From: an uncultured Gammaproteobacteria bacterium
Lineage (GTDB): Bacteria > Patescibacteriota > Patescibacteriia > Magasanikbacterales > UBA922
DNA: 36,044 nt
Assembly (NCBI GenBank): GCA_964345045.1
Contig: CAYFPM010000002.1
Location: 102,286-138,329, forward strand
Direction: 5' to 3'
Shown here one piece after another: positions 8,869 through 18,789 of the stretch (positions are counted from its first letter, which is position 1; each line of letters starts with the position of its first letter). The translations under genes were made by a program, and so were the position numbers. Under the pieces are notes generated by a model. The model had not been told where the DNA came from, did no database searches, and saw nothing but the letters and a program-made list of their open reading frames with translations.

Positions 8869-8894
8869 GATCCTTCGCTAATACTCAGGATGAC
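8869..8894. repeat. Solo REP-like half-element
   Basis: gatccttcgctaatactcaggatgac; ends in ATGAC like the 9054-9207 element. Confidence 0.5.
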
Positions 8895-9043
8895 TATTCA
8901 TAAATGCAAACATCTTTTGTCCAATATCCACCTCCTAGCACCTCCCCAGCGTAAGGACAATAGGTATAAAACTGAAAGAAAATTATCACAGACAAAACCA
9001 GTAGCAAAAACAAAAATAAACCACATTTAACTCTTCTTTTCAT
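8894..9043 (-). CDS. Small single-pass membrane protein, 49 aa (absent from the ORF track)
   Basis: MKRRVKCGLFLFLLLVLSVIIFFQFYTYCPYAGEVLGGGYWTKDVCIYE*: basic N-terminus followed by a hydrophobic helix. Confidence 0.55.
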   Translation of the reverse strand: MKRRVKCGLFLFLLLVLSVIIFFQFYTYCPYAGEVLGGGYWTKDVCIYE

Positions 9044-9053
9044 AAAAAATTTA

Positions 9054-9207
9054 CTGTCACTACGAGGAGCTTTGCGCCTGAGCTTGCCCGGCTGCGCCCG
9101 CCTATGGAGGAAGCAAAACCGAAGGGTGGCAATCTCGCATATTATGTTAGGCCTAGATTCTCATGTGAGATTGCTACGCTCGGCTTTGGCCGAGCTCGCA
9201 ATGACAG
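9054..9207. repeat. Composite palindromic element with nested inserts
   Basis: Ends CTGTCACTACGAG / CTCGCAATGACAG; inner GCAATCTC (9129-9136) / GAGATTGC (9167-9174); left arm matches 33232-33267 apart from an insert at 9077-9126. Confidence 0.8.
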
Positions 9208-9256
9208 ACGTAACTTGGCTAATCACCTAAAACCTAATTCTCTAACCACCTAGCTA

Positions 9257-10399
9257 CTATTCCACACTCTTAATAATCACTTCCACATGATCCGATACTC
9301 TAGGAACAGTTTTGATCCAGGCTGGACTAAACTTAATATCAACCCCTTTGACATGATCCAATTTCAAAATATATCTTCTTACCTCGTCTTTGCTTTTGCC
9401 ATAAAAAATATTCTTTTCCAATTGCTTACTATCCGAATTCAAGTAAGCCACTCCATCGTAAACTACTCTAAGATTGGCTTGTTTTTTTTTCAAATCATAA
9501 TCATCAATAGTCACTGCCAATTCTCCATCTCCTCCTTCTATTATTTCTGTATCATCTACCGCTCTTCTGGTTAATTCTTCCAAAGCAAAATCTTTTAGAG
9601 ATTGATCATCGTAATAAACTACCAAAACTGTAGCTTGGCCAGAAAGGGTAAAACCAGAAACCTCTTCTCCAATCTCTACATCCGACTCGGCCGTATGCTG
9701 AATTACTTTGGTTACAAAATTTTGTCCTTCATTAGATTGTTCCACTTGTGCTTTGGCTTTTGCTACAAAACTTTCTAACAAATTTTTTTCTGCTTTGCGA
9801 TAATCGTCTGTACTAAGCACGCCTATAGTTCGCAAACCACCACTGGTTTCTTCGCTACTTTTGGCATAGATTACTTTTTGTTTATCTTCTCGAAGACCTG
9901 GGATGGTGAAACTACTTGGGGAGATATTGCCACTTTCCCCTTGTTTGTCGGCATATATTTCTACATCTACAGAACCATTGGCCGGAACAGTTACTCCATC
10001 TTTGATACGAAACAAAACTTCTTCTGGAGTAAGCAATCTAGTTGTAGCCACCAAAGGTTGTGAAATATTTGTATCGTTGTAAAGAGTAGCTATTCCAGTG
10101 GCAACACCTTCTTCTTGTTTTGTACCTGTAGGTTGAAATTCTTCACCAAGTTCTATAGTTAGAGTCTCTACTTTGCCCTTTACCACGTTTTTTCCACCAG
10201 CTTCGTCTACTTCTACTACAGCGTCCACGCTAATTGGCGAAGATTTTGTCTCTATTACTATATTTGCTCTTTTGGAAGACATAAAAATAACCAATCCCAA
10301 AAGGACAAAAGTAAGTAATAAAAAAGTTAAGGCAATAAATTTATAAAATCTAACCGGTTGGGTTGGTGCTATAGAAGTTTGTTGGCGACGTGGAGTCAT
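9257..10399 (-). CDS. Membrane-anchored hypothetical protein, baseplate-J-like beta domain (type common in CPR)
   Basis: N-terminal TM helix; QPLVATTRL, VTVPANG, ADKQGESGNI, SGG motifs. Confidence 0.7.
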   Translation of the reverse strand: MTPRRQQTSIAPTQPVRFYKFIALTFLLLTFVLLGLVIFMSSKRANIVIETKSSPISVDAVVEVDEAGGKNVVKGKVETLTIELGEEFQPTGTKQEEGVATGIATLYNDTNISQPLVATTRLLTPEEVLFRIKDGVTVPANGSVDVEIYADKQGESGNISPSSFTIPGLREDKQKVIYAKSSEETSGGLRTIGVLSTDDYRKAEKNLLESFVAKAKAQVEQSNEGQNFVTKVIQHTAESDVEIGEEVSGFTLSGQATVLVVYYDDQSLKDFALEELTRRAVDDTEIIEGGDGELAVTIDDYDLKKKQANLRVVYDGVAYLNSDSKQLEKNIFYGKSKDEVRRYILKLDHVKGVDIKFSPAWIKTVPRVSDHVEVIIKSVE

Positions 10400-10409
10400 A
10401 GATAGATAT

Positions 10410-10480
10410 TAGGGGTTAGGCAGTAGGCAACAGTAACTAGAAAAGCTACTACTGCCTGTTGCCTACTTCCTACATCCTAC
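10410..10480. repeat. Inverted pair of 7-nt tandem arrays
   Basis: taggggt taggcag taggcaa cag ... tgcctgt tgcctac ttcctac atcctac. Confidence 0.75.
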
Positions 10481-12195
10481 TCAATAATTCTAAACACTTC
10501 GTCTAGTGAAGTAATTCCTTCCAAGGCTTTTAATACTCCATCCATTACCATAGTCATCATTCCGTTTTCTACTGCGTGTTTTTCTATTTCGTATTCAGAA
10601 ATATTTCCAGCCAAAACCATTTTTTCTAATTCTGGAGTCACTACCAAAATTTCGTAAATTCCAATTCTACCTTTGTAACCATCTGGTCCATCTACACTGG
10701 TAGTATAAAATATTTTTGGTTTTGCTTCTACTTCTTTTCTAATATTTTCTGGCATAGAAGCTATTATTTTGTCTACTCGTTCTTCTTGTTCTGGTGTTAG
10801 GGTAGCTTCTACTTTGTGTTCCGGAGCCAATCTACGCACCAAACGCTGACCAATAATAGCGTTTAGAGCTGGGGCTAACAAAAATGGTTTTACTCCCATA
10901 GACAAAAACCTTGGCACGGCGGCAGCTGCGCTATTGGTATGGAGTGTAGACATCATCAAATGACCGGTAAGCGCCGCTTGGATAGCTATTTCAGAAGTTT
11001 CCAAATCACGAATTTCTCCAACCATAGCGATATCCGGATCCTGACGCAAAATAGATTTTAGACCACTGGCAAAGGTATAACCTTTTTCTCTATCCACCTG
11101 ACTTTGGTTAATCCCTTCCATACGATACTCTACCGGATCTTCCAAAGTAATAACTTTTACCCCTGGTTTGTTTAAAATTTGCATGATCGAATACAAAGTA
11201 GTGGTTTTACCAGATCCAGTTGGACCAGTGGTAATTATCATTCCGTTTGGTCTTTCTATTTCTTTTTTCAATCTGTTGTAAGCGTCTCCCATTAGACCAA
11301 TCTGATCAAAAGTAAGACCTTCTCTTTTTTGCGGCAACAACCTCATTACAATACTTTCTCCATAATAAGTTGGCATGGTAGACACACGTACATCTACATC
11401 TCCGCCCGACATTTTTATGGTAAACCTGCCATCTTGTGGTTTGGTAGTTATATTAATTTTAAGACCGGCTATTAGCTTGACTCTAGAAATCAACTTACCA
11501 AAAACATTTTTTTCTAGAGTAGCCGCATCGTGCAAAATTCCATCCAAACGCAAACGAACATGAATTCCGGTTTCTTCGGCCTCTATATGCAAATCCGAAG
11601 CATCTAGTTTGAGCGCCGCTCCTAGCAAAAAAGTAACCAAATCAGAAGTATTGGTTTTGCTAAGTAATTCTTGTAAATGACTAAAATCTTTGACATCGGC
11701 TTGTACTTTTTCCAAATCTTCTTCTTTTACAGATACATCTTTAGTTACTGGTTTTATTTCTGGCAATCTTTCGTACATTTTTATAACCTTGTCGAAGCTG
11801 TGTTGTGAAATAGTATACAAACCACCTTTGGCATGAGTTCTTTCTTCTAGATTGGTCAACAAATTTTGGGCTACCTCATTGCCTGGATCAACGGCTCCTA
11901 CTCGGACTTCGTTGCTATCATAAAAAAAACATACAGCTTTGGCAGCCAAAGCTTCTTCTTTTGGAACTTGGGACAAAGCCTGTTGGCTAACAGGGAAACT
12001 AGATAAATCTATATGCGGGAAACCCAAATCACGCGCCAGAGAAGCAGCTCTTTGTTCTTTTTCTTTTATACTTACCTGCTGCATTTTTTTCTGAAATTTT
12101 TCTTCTACATCACTACTAGAAACCCGAAGTCGGCCTGGCTGAGATTGGCCAGAATTTTTATTTGTAAGATCAGCAAGTGAAGGAAAATCCGACAT
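10477..12195 (-). CDS. pilB: Type IV pilus/T2SS assembly ATPase (PilB/GspE family)
   Basis: ASDLHIE, PQDGR, TGPTGSGKTTT, LEDPVE, LRQDPD, GEIRD, STLHTN, GYKGRIG. Confidence 0.92.
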   Translation of the reverse strand: MSDFPSLADLTNKNSGQSQPGRLRVSSSDVEEKFQKKMQQVSIKEKEQRAASLARDLGFPHIDLSSFPVSQQALSQVPKEEALAAKAVCFFYDSNEVRVGAVDPGNEVAQNLLTNLEERTHAKGGLYTISQHSFDKVIKMYERLPEIKPVTKDVSVKEEDLEKVQADVKDFSHLQELLSKTNTSDLVTFLLGAALKLDASDLHIEAEETGIHVRLRLDGILHDAATLEKNVFGKLISRVKLIAGLKINITTKPQDGRFTIKMSGGDVDVRVSTMPTYYGESIVMRLLPQKREGLTFDQIGLMGDAYNRLKKEIERPNGMIITTGPTGSGKTTTLYSIMQILNKPGVKVITLEDPVEYRMEGINQSQVDREKGYTFASGLKSILRQDPDIAMVGEIRDLETSEIAIQAALTGHLMMSTLHTNSAAAAVPRFLSMGVKPFLLAPALNAIIGQRLVRRLAPEHKVEATLTPEQEERVDKIIASMPENIRKEVEAKPKIFYTTSVDGPDGYKGRIGIYEILVVTPELEKMVLAGNISEYEIEKHAVENGMMTMVMDGVLKALEGITSLDEVFRIIE

Positions 12196-12261
12196 AATTT
12201 TACATCATAAAATCATTAAAACTTGAAAACAAGAAAACAAAATTTAAATAGTTCATTATTT

Positions 12262-12303
12262 CTACTCACTACAAACTACCCACTACAACCTACTATCTAA
12301 CTA
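12262..12303. repeat. 7-nt tandem array
   Basis: ctactca ctacaaa ctaccca ctacaac ctactat ctaacta. Confidence 0.75.
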
Positions 12304-13268
12304 TGACCAAGCCAATGTATAATTCTACTTTTAATTCCTGTTTTGTGCATTTTTACAAAAAGGTATGTCCAAACAGAAGTAGTAAACACTGTAAAGAAGG
12401 CTCCCAAAATCATGATAAAAGCAGCAAAAAGCAAAAAGCCCATAATAAATCCTACCCAAATCAAAGCCTGACTACCTACCATAATTGCTACCAGCCAAAC
12501 AATTAGTGCCGGAAGAAAAAATGCTACAAAACCTACGAATAAAGATAAGGCAGCCAATATATTGAAGATCAATATGATTAAACCTACTTCCAAAGAAACT
12601 AACCAATGAGAAGTAAATAATTTCCAAGCAGCTTCCAAAGATTGTAAAAATGGATAATCTTCTACTACTACATACCCAGCAGCATAAACTGCCAAAAACG
12701 AAGCTACCAAACCAACCACACTAGCCAGTAAAAAGGTTAACAAAAACAAACTGTTGGTGCTTATAGCCGGATTTTGGATAGCCATATAAGCCGAGGCACT
12801 AACGACAATAGCCAAGACAACGATCAAAGCTTTTTTGAAAAAATTGATAGCAAATAATTTCCAAAAATGTCTTACCCCCTCGTGCCAAGCTTTTCCCAAG
12901 TCTGGATTTTTTTTGGATTTTAAAAATTGTGAATTGGCATTGACTATGGCTCCTTGCGAAACTATGGCTGCAAACAGTAAGCCTATTCCTAGCACAAATA
13001 GCAAAACCAAAAGCCACAAGATAAGAAATCTGGTATCGAGCGCAACTTTGGCAGTTTGAACCAAGGATTCTGTCCCAAAGTTAAACACGCCCACATCTGT
13101 TAGATAATTGTTGGCATCGTTTACAGCCAAACTGGTTTTGGTAAGAAAGTCTACTATGCCAAACTGTCCCAACAGAGCGGCAAATAAACCGAATATCCAT
13201 AACCATTTATCTTTTATGGCCAAATTCCAGCCATGAGTTATGGCTTGTCTGTACAAAGGTGTTTTCAT
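12297..13268 (-). CDS. Polytopic membrane protein of unknown function
   Basis: About 6-7 hydrophobic segments; AAGGAG upstream. Confidence 0.85.
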   Translation of the reverse strand: MKTPLYRQAITHGWNLAIKDKWLWIFGLFAALLGQFGIVDFLTKTSLAVNDANNYLTDVGVFNFGTESLVQTAKVALDTRFLILWLLVLLFVLGIGLLFAAIVSQGAIVNANSQFLKSKKNPDLGKAWHEGVRHFWKLFAINFFKKALIVVLAIVVSASAYMAIQNPAISTNSLFLLTFLLASVVGLVASFLAVYAAGYVVVEDYPFLQSLEAAWKLFTSHWLVSLEVGLIILIFNILAALSLFVGFVAFFLPALIVWLVAIMVGSQALIWVGFIMGFLLFAAFIMILGAFFTVFTTSVWTYLFVKMHKTGIKSRIIHWLGHS

Positions 13269-13437
13269 ACTCCTTTTATTTATTTGTATAGAGAAATCCC
13301 TATCAGTTGTCTGACAGGCAATTTGTTTAATTATAGCACTTTTTTGAATAAAGAAGAAATATTTTTAAAAGGGAGTATGGAATATTGTTTAGAATTAAAA
13401 ATTAAATTTTTTATTTTTATAAGAGAGTCACGACAAC

Positions 13438-13466
13438 TTGACATTTGCATATTTTTTTAGTAGATT
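13438..13466 (+). promoter_or_regulatory. Sigma70 promoter
   Basis: TTGACA-17 nt-TAGATT. Confidence 0.7.
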
Positions 13467-13552
13467 TAAACATCCTTTTTCTAAAGGCTTTGGCTGGAAG
13501 CCTGCATAGAGCAGACTACCACTGACGCATGTAGAGGCCAAGGAACTTTGAG

Positions 13553-14338
13553 ATGGACAAGAGCAAAGTCGTTCTCGTCACCACCACCATGTACCCCAGC
13601 GCCGACCACCCTCGCGCCTTGCAGGCCCTTCGGACCATCAAGGCTGCAAACGATGCCGGCTATCGAATCGAAGTTCTCGATGATGGGAAATTGCAGGACT
13701 TCCGAGCAAAGATGGAGGAGCTCGGAGCCAACGTCCACATCGGTGGCCTGGGCATGGGAGCTGGTCGACGATTCATCCTGCAAAAAGGGAGGGAGGCCGT
13801 AGGAGACGATGGAGTCGTCTGCTGGCTCGAGCCGGAGAAGTACACGATCATCCCAGACATCGAGGCAATCGTAGCACCTATCCTCGAAGGACGTGCAGAT
13901 CTGGTCATCCCCAAACGTACTCCCGAGGCCATGTTGGGCCATCCACTGCCCCAACAATTGGCCGAGGCTCTCGGCAATGGATACTTCAACCAACTGCTTG
14001 GTGACAAATACCCAAACGCCGAGTTCGACCCCTGGTTTGGTCCGTTTGCCACGAACCAGACGGCTCTGCAGCACTTCCTCAATTACGAGGGGGAGTATGG
14101 GGATCGCTGGGACAGCATCTTCATCCCCAGGTTGCGCGCTGCCGCTGCCGGCCTTCGGCTCGTGAGTGTGGTAGCCGAGAACTACCAATACCCACCAGAG
14201 CAAAGGGAAACCGAAGAGTTGGGCTGGTTCGATATGACGCCCAAACGAGTCGGGCAACTCAACAACTTGGTTCCAGCTCTCCAAGAAGAGGCCGAAAAAC
14301 TCGGCCTGATCTCCGAAAAGGCCACGCTCGCTGGCTAA
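13553..14338 (+). CDS. GT-A (family 2-like) glycosyltransferase homolog, GC-rich
   Basis: VLDDG, GLGMGAGRR, VVCWLEPE at the DxD position, PILEGRADLVIPKR; AAGGA SD. Confidence 0.75.
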   Translation: MDKSKVVLVTTTMYPSADHPRALQALRTIKAANDAGYRIEVLDDGKLQDFRAKMEELGANVHIGGLGMGAGRRFILQKGREAVGDDGVVCWLEPEKYTIIPDIEAIVAPILEGRADLVIPKRTPEAMLGHPLPQQLAEALGNGYFNQLLGDKYPNAEFDPWFGPFATNQTALQHFLNYEGEYGDRWDSIFIPRLRAAAAGLRLVSVVAENYQYPPEQRETEELGWFDMTPKRVGQLNNLVPALQEEAEKLGLISEKATLAG

Positions 14339-14475
14339 CACCCAGAAGCCAAGCTACGCTCGCTCCGTCTCTACTCCTCTTTCGCTCTTTCGAGGACTCA
14401 ACATCCTCACCCTTCCCAAAATTTTAAATACTGCTTATTAATAAATTACACAGAAATCCTATTTAAAGTTTTGGC

Positions 14476-14510
14476 AAACAAAAAAGCCTCTTAGCGAGGC
14501 TTTTTTGTTT
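14476..14510. terminator. Intrinsic terminator
   Basis: aaacaaaaaagcctc-ttagc-gaggcttttttgttt. Confidence 0.85.
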
Positions 14511-14558
14511 TTGTAAAAAATAACGAATGTAGACTCATTTGGTATGAGAGTGATGGGA

Positions 14559-14587
14559 TTGACAAAAGTGCTTTTTTGTGCTATACT
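14559..14587 (+). promoter_or_regulatory. Sigma70 promoter
   Basis: TTGACA-17 nt-TATACT with extended TG. Confidence 0.85.
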
Positions 14588-14741
14588 GGCTCGTTATGAT
14601 CATTACAATCTAGCTTGATTCCTCGACTTTATTTGGCTTATTTTAGCCAAATAAAATTCGGGGAGTCATCACACACCCCGAATTTCTCTCTCTCCTCCAA
14701 GAGAGAGGGTTGGGTACTAGCGAGTGCCAAAGGAGAACAGT

Positions 14742-15200
14742 ATGGACGCATTCGAGCGTCGTCAACTGCAAAACATCATCCGAAGCATCGAATTCCTCTA
14801 TCTCTGCGTGGTAGACCATGCCCTCAGGGTAGTAACTGTGCGAGAGCGAGCTATCCCAAATAGCCATAGGTACTCGTATACGCTATCTGTAAGCTATCAT
14901 GCAACAAGTAGTGACAGCAGCGAAGAAGATCCACCCTGTTCGGATCTTACTTGGAAAACCTCCTTTTCGCCCAACGAACTCTACGGTGAAATTGTCGATG
15001 ATCTAACCTTCGCTGGAGTCATCGATCCACATGATCCAGAGAGTATCCCTGGGATAGATATCAATCGATATATTCTGCTACAGCTCATCAGTGAGTTGTT
15101 GCGGAAGGTCAATCAATCGAGTCACCCAAGAAAAAAAGAAGTGCTACAAAAGGGGCAGCTTGTCAAAGAGCGCCTCACGTACGTACGCCTTCCAGAATGA
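14742..15200 (+). CDS. Hypothetical protein (start moved to the ATG after AAGGAG)
   Basis: aaaggagaacagtATG; promoter upstream; elevated GC. Confidence 0.7.
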   Translation: MDAFERRQLQNIIRSIEFLYLCVVDHALRVVTVRERAIPNSHRYSYTLSVSYHATSSDSSEEDPPCSDLTWKTSFSPNELYGEIVDDLTFAGVIDPHDPESIPGIDINRYILLQLISELLRKVNQSSHPRKKEVLQKGQLVKERLTYVRLPE

Positions 15201-15505
15201 TTGAAGCTTCGCATGTACGGTTACGTGCAACATCCCTATCACACCACCAATAGCTACGGCTAAGGTTCGAGCAGTAGTATAGAAGTGGAATCGTGTGATT
15301 GGTGATGAGTCTTGTCGTCAGAACCTATAGTCTCTCTGCAGGGCAACAGAGAGTTGAGTATCGCTAGCCCACTCACGCTTGAGGCCACCGACACGGTAGG
15401 ACTCGCGTAACGGGGAGTGAAGAGCAAATCGCACCCCGACCATACGAAGTGTATATGAAAATCATGTACCTTTCGTATGGGTGCGATTTGCACAGGTGAC
15501 TTCCA
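15201..15505 (+). ncRNA. Candidate structured RNA or 3' trailer
   Basis: About 300 nt, GC-rich, several helices including 13-bp GCAAATCGCACCC/GGGTGCGATTTGC. Confidence 0.4.
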
Positions 15506-15509
15506 AAAT

Positions 15510-15542
15510 AATAATCCCGCACTATTAGAGTGCGGGATTATT
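15510..15542. terminator. Bidirectional terminator
   Basis: aataatcccgcact-attag-agtgcgggattatt. Confidence 0.9.
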
Positions 15543-15558
15543 TTATTTGTATATCTTT

Positions 15559-17424
15559 TTATTTTCCCTCTTCAGATTCCTTCTTCTCTTCCAACTTATC
15601 CCCCATTATCTTTCTAAATTCTTCTTGTTCAATAGTTTCTTTGTCTAGTAATTCTTTTACCAATTTATCCATTTTATCTTTTTCTTTCTTTAACACTTCT
15701 TCGGCTCTTTCTTTGGCTTCGGTCAAAAGATCATTTACTTCGTTATCGATAATTTCGGCAATTTTTTCACTGTAGTTTTTCTTTTCGTGAATTTCTTGAG
15801 CCAAGAAAATCATTTCTTCATTTTCACTATACACTCTAGGCCCTAGTTTTTCACTCATACCGTATCTGGTTACCATAGCTTTGGCCATTTGAGTAGCTTT
15901 TTTAAGATCACTAGATGGTCCGGTAGACAATTGATTGTCTCCATAGATCATACGCTCGGCTACATATCCACCCATGGCCATAGCCATGTCATCGCGAAAG
16001 TGTGCCATAGTTTGATAGCGTTTGTCATTCTCTGGCATAGACAGAGTGTATCCCCCAGCCATACCACGACCAATAATAGAAACTTTGCGAACCGGATCAC
16101 AATTTTCTAAGAAGTGCCCGACTAGAGCATGACCAGCCTCGTGGTAAGCAGTCATTTCTCTTTCTTTGTCTGTCATAATTCTAGATTTTCTCTCTGGTCC
16201 AAGTAGCACTTTGTCTACACTCTCTAGTACATCCATTTCTTCAACTTCTTTTTTGTTTTTTCTTACAGCCAAGATAGCTGCTTCGTTCAAAAGGTTGGAC
16301 AAATCAGCTCCGGTAAAGCCCGGGGTTCTTTCGGCCAATTTTTTTAGAGAGACATTTTTGGCCAATGGTTTATTTTTGGCATGTACTTTTAGAATTTCGT
16401 GTCTATCGTTAATATCCGGTTTGTCTATAATCACTCGACGATCAAATCTACCAGGGCGGAGCAAAGCAGAATCCAATACATCCGGACGGTTGGTAGCAGC
16501 TACTACAATTACCCCAATGTTTGGATCAAAACCATCCATCTCTACCAAAATTTGATTCAAAGTTTGTTCACGCTCATCGTGAGATCCACCAAGACCGGCA
16601 CCACGTTTTCTACCTACGGCATCAATCTCGTCGATAAACACAATAGCTGGAGCAGCTTTTTTGGCTTTGTTAAACAGGTCACGGACACGACTAGCACCTA
16701 CACCTACAAACATCTCTACAAATTCAGATCCACTCATGTGGAAAAATGGAACATCGGCTTCGCCGGCGACAGCTTTGGCCAAGAGAGTTTTACCAGTACC
16801 TGGAGAACCCATTAGCAAAACCCCTTTTGGAATTTTGGCTCCCATGGCCGAAAACTTTTTGGGATTTTTCAAAAAGTCTACTACTTCTTCCAATTCTTCT
16901 TTGGCTTCTTTGGCACCAGCCACATCTTTAAAAGTTTTTTTGTCTTTGTTTTCTTCTTGTTTTACTTGTTTGGCAGAGCTTTGGCCAAATCCCATAGCTC
17001 TATTATTGGCACCGCTTACTTGACGGCTCATAAAAAAGATAAGTCCACCAATTAACAAAAATGGCAAAAGGTATGGAGCCAAAACTTTTAACCAAAATCT
17101 AGCGCCAGTTTCTTCTTTTACTTGAATATCTACGTTTTGTAATTTTTCCGAAGCTACTTCGTAGTTGGCAATCAGTTCAGAAAAAGATTGGCCCAGTTCT
17201 TTTTTGATTTCTTGTTTTTTGGCTTCTTCGTATTTTAGAGTTACCGTTACAATGTCTCCGGTTACTTCTATAGAAGCTACTTCTTCGTTGTTGATTTGGC
17301 TAACCAAAGTACCAACTCCGATTCTTTCTGGCTCTTCTTGTTGCAGGTCTGCCATGCTTACTACGGCGGCTATTAGAAATAGTCCAGCTACCACAATGGC
17401 AAAATTCTTTAATAAATTTTTCAT
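15559..17424 (-). CDS. ftsH: ATP-dependent zinc metalloprotease FtsH
   Basis: Two TM helices, [32 protein letters not shown]. Confidence 0.98.
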   Translation of the reverse strand: MKNLLKNFAIVVAGLFLIAAVVSMADLQQEEPERIGVGTLVSQINNEEVASIEVTGDIVTVTLKYEEAKKQEIKKELGQSFSELIANYEVASEKLQNVDIQVKEETGARFWLKVLAPYLLPFLLIGGLIFFMSRQVSGANNRAMGFGQSSAKQVKQEENKDKKTFKDVAGAKEAKEELEEVVDFLKNPKKFSAMGAKIPKGVLLMGSPGTGKTLLAKAVAGEADVPFFHMSGSEFVEMFVGVGASRVRDLFNKAKKAAPAIVFIDEIDAVGRKRGAGLGGSHDEREQTLNQILVEMDGFDPNIGVIVVAATNRPDVLDSALLRPGRFDRRVIIDKPDINDRHEILKVHAKNKPLAKNVSLKKLAERTPGFTGADLSNLLNEAAILAVRKNKKEVEEMDVLESVDKVLLGPERKSRIMTDKEREMTAYHEAGHALVGHFLENCDPVRKVSIIGRGMAGGYTLSMPENDKRYQTMAHFRDDMAMAMGGYVAERMIYGDNQLSTGPSSDLKKATQMAKAMVTRYGMSEKLGPRVYSENEEMIFLAQEIHEKKNYSEKIAEIIDNEVNDLLTEAKERAEEVLKKEKDKMDKLVKELLDKETIEQEEFRKIMGDKLEEKKESEEGK

Positions 17425-17434
17425 ATAATAATTA

Positions 17435-17513
17435 GCTTGAAAAGCTTGAGAAGCTATAGATGCCAGAGAGGTTTTTTTTGGCCTCTCAGGCCTCTCCAGC
17501 CTCTTCCGCTTCT
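17435..17513. repeat. Inverted pair of 9-nt tandem arrays in the ftsH leader
   Basis: gcttgaaaa gcttgagaa gctatagat gccagagag ... gcctctcag gcctctcca gcctcttcc gcttct. Confidence 0.7.
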
Positions 17514-17528
17514 GTATAAAGTTTCCGT

Positions 17529-17594
17529 ATTATAGCCAAAAGCCCCTTTCAAGTCAATGTGGGTATTGACAAAAAGGACTTGTTGCTATATACT
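17529..17594. promoter_or_regulatory. Back-to-back sigma70 promoters (ftsH on -, small ORF on +)
   Basis: Minus: TTGACT-17-TATAAT (17557-17529); plus: TTGACA-17-TATACT (17566-17594). Confidence 0.85.
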
Positions 17595-17653
17595 CTTGTC
17601 CGTTGCGTTTCCAAGGTACAACAAGACCAAATCTTGGGAATGCGAGGGGGAAT

Positions 17654-17965
17654 ATGCTCGAAATAGACTCTGAGGGCTTCCGTAACGATGAAGCCCCACT
17701 TGCTCTACTCGCAGACGATGCCAGCGGTCGGCAGCTCGACCACACCGTCTGTTTCACCTGCAGCGCAGTGCCTACCACAACACCCAAAGCAGTCAGCAGA
17801 CGCAAAGCGACCAGGCTCAGTGAGCCCAACCTATGGTTGATCCTTGCCTGCCTACTTTTTGCGCTTATCGACGGCGCTTTGGTAGCCTATTGGTGGGAGT
17901 ATGGCCAACTCAAGCAAGACTTCGAGAAAGCTCGAGTCAAGTTCGCCCAAACCACTGGCAACTAG
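17654..17965 (+). CDS. Small membrane protein, GC-rich
   Basis: GAGGGGG SD before ATG 17654; CFTC motif and one TM helix. Confidence 0.65.
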   Translation: MLEIDSEGFRNDEAPLALLADDASGRQLDHTVCFTCSAVPTTTPKAVSRRKATRLSEPNLWLILACLLFALIDGALVAYWWEYGQLKQDFEKARVKFAQTTGN

Positions 17966-18134
17966 CTAAACAACACCCCACTCCACCGGTCAACCAAATA
18001 AAACAATCGCCCTAGGCGAAAGCAATAATAGTTGACCGGTCGGACACAATTCCAAACTTTGCAAACACTCTATAACAAGTGTTTTTTTATTTTTAAAAAT
18101 TGACAAATCCGTCTACAAATGATAATTAAAATAT

Positions 18135-18425
18135 ATGGAGAAACAAATTTTTACCCTCGTGGTAGGCTTTCGAGATTACGCAAAGGCATCTGACATCGAA
18201 AACCTGGTCATCCAGAAACTTGGCGAGCCGGTACAAGAGGCTCGCAGATTGCGGCAAAAGGAGGCGGGCAAAGAATTGCCCTTGACCAGAATTTTCGACA
18301 AAAGAAACATCGTCGTCCACTCGACCGAGAGGGATACCCGTGTTCAGGAGGAGATTTGCCAGATCCCCGGAGTGACCCACTGCAACTGGGTCTCGGAGTC
18401 CACTTCGCAACAAGTCGCAGCCTAG
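18135..18425 (+). CDS. Small hypothetical protein, possible ferredoxin/ACT-like fold; probably leaderless
   Basis: TTGACA at 18100, GATAAT at 18121, terminator at 18474-18496; EICQIPGVTHC C-terminus. Confidence 0.65.
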   Translation: MEKQIFTLVVGFRDYAKASDIENLVIQKLGEPVQEARRLRQKEAGKELPLTRIFDKRNIVVHSTERDTRVQEEICQIPGVTHCNWVSESTSQQVAA

Positions 18426-18531
18426 CTCTAGGCTTGCACGACCAGCCCCTACCACTTCCATTCACTTTCAACTCTGCACCTTTGGTGCAGTTTTTTATTG
18501 ACAAAAATTTTTTAAAAAGCATAATTAAACT

Positions 18532-18789
18532 ATGAGTGGGAGAGTGTTTTCACTCCAGATAGGAGTAAGCCAAGAGATAATCGAGGCTTACCAAACACAA
18601 GGAGGCGCTGGAAAAGAAGCTCTAGACAAAATACTAAAAGCCATAAGAACAAGTTTGGGGACTGTCCCCGATATACGAGTCTCCGGTGACAACTTCTACC
18701 TACAAAGCAGCTACCAAGACTTTTCTCTGCCATGGAGCTTGGTAGAGATCGAGGGCGTTTCAAGCTCGCGCTGGACCTGCCTAGCCTAA
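18532..18789 (+). CDS. Small hypothetical protein; probably leaderless
   Basis: TTGACA at 18498, CATAAT at 18520, ATG 6 nt later; terminator downstream. Confidence 0.65.
   Translation: MSGRVFSLQIGVSQEIIEAYQTQGGAGKEALDKILKAIRTSLGTVPDIRVSGDNFYLQSSYQDFSLPWSLVEIEGVSSSRWTCLA

Noticed and set aside
9257..10399. Prophage or contractile injection system suggested by the baseplate-J-like gene
   Set aside because: No other phage structural genes; the protein is membrane-anchored and sits beside pilB
13481..14341. 286-aa minus-strand ORF
   Set aside because: Antisense shadow of the glycosyltransferase-like gene, which has the promoter, SD and terminator
15300..15330. Hammerhead ribozyme core
   Set aside because: GUGAUGAG is not CUGAUGA and no correctly placed GAAA or cleavage triplet was found
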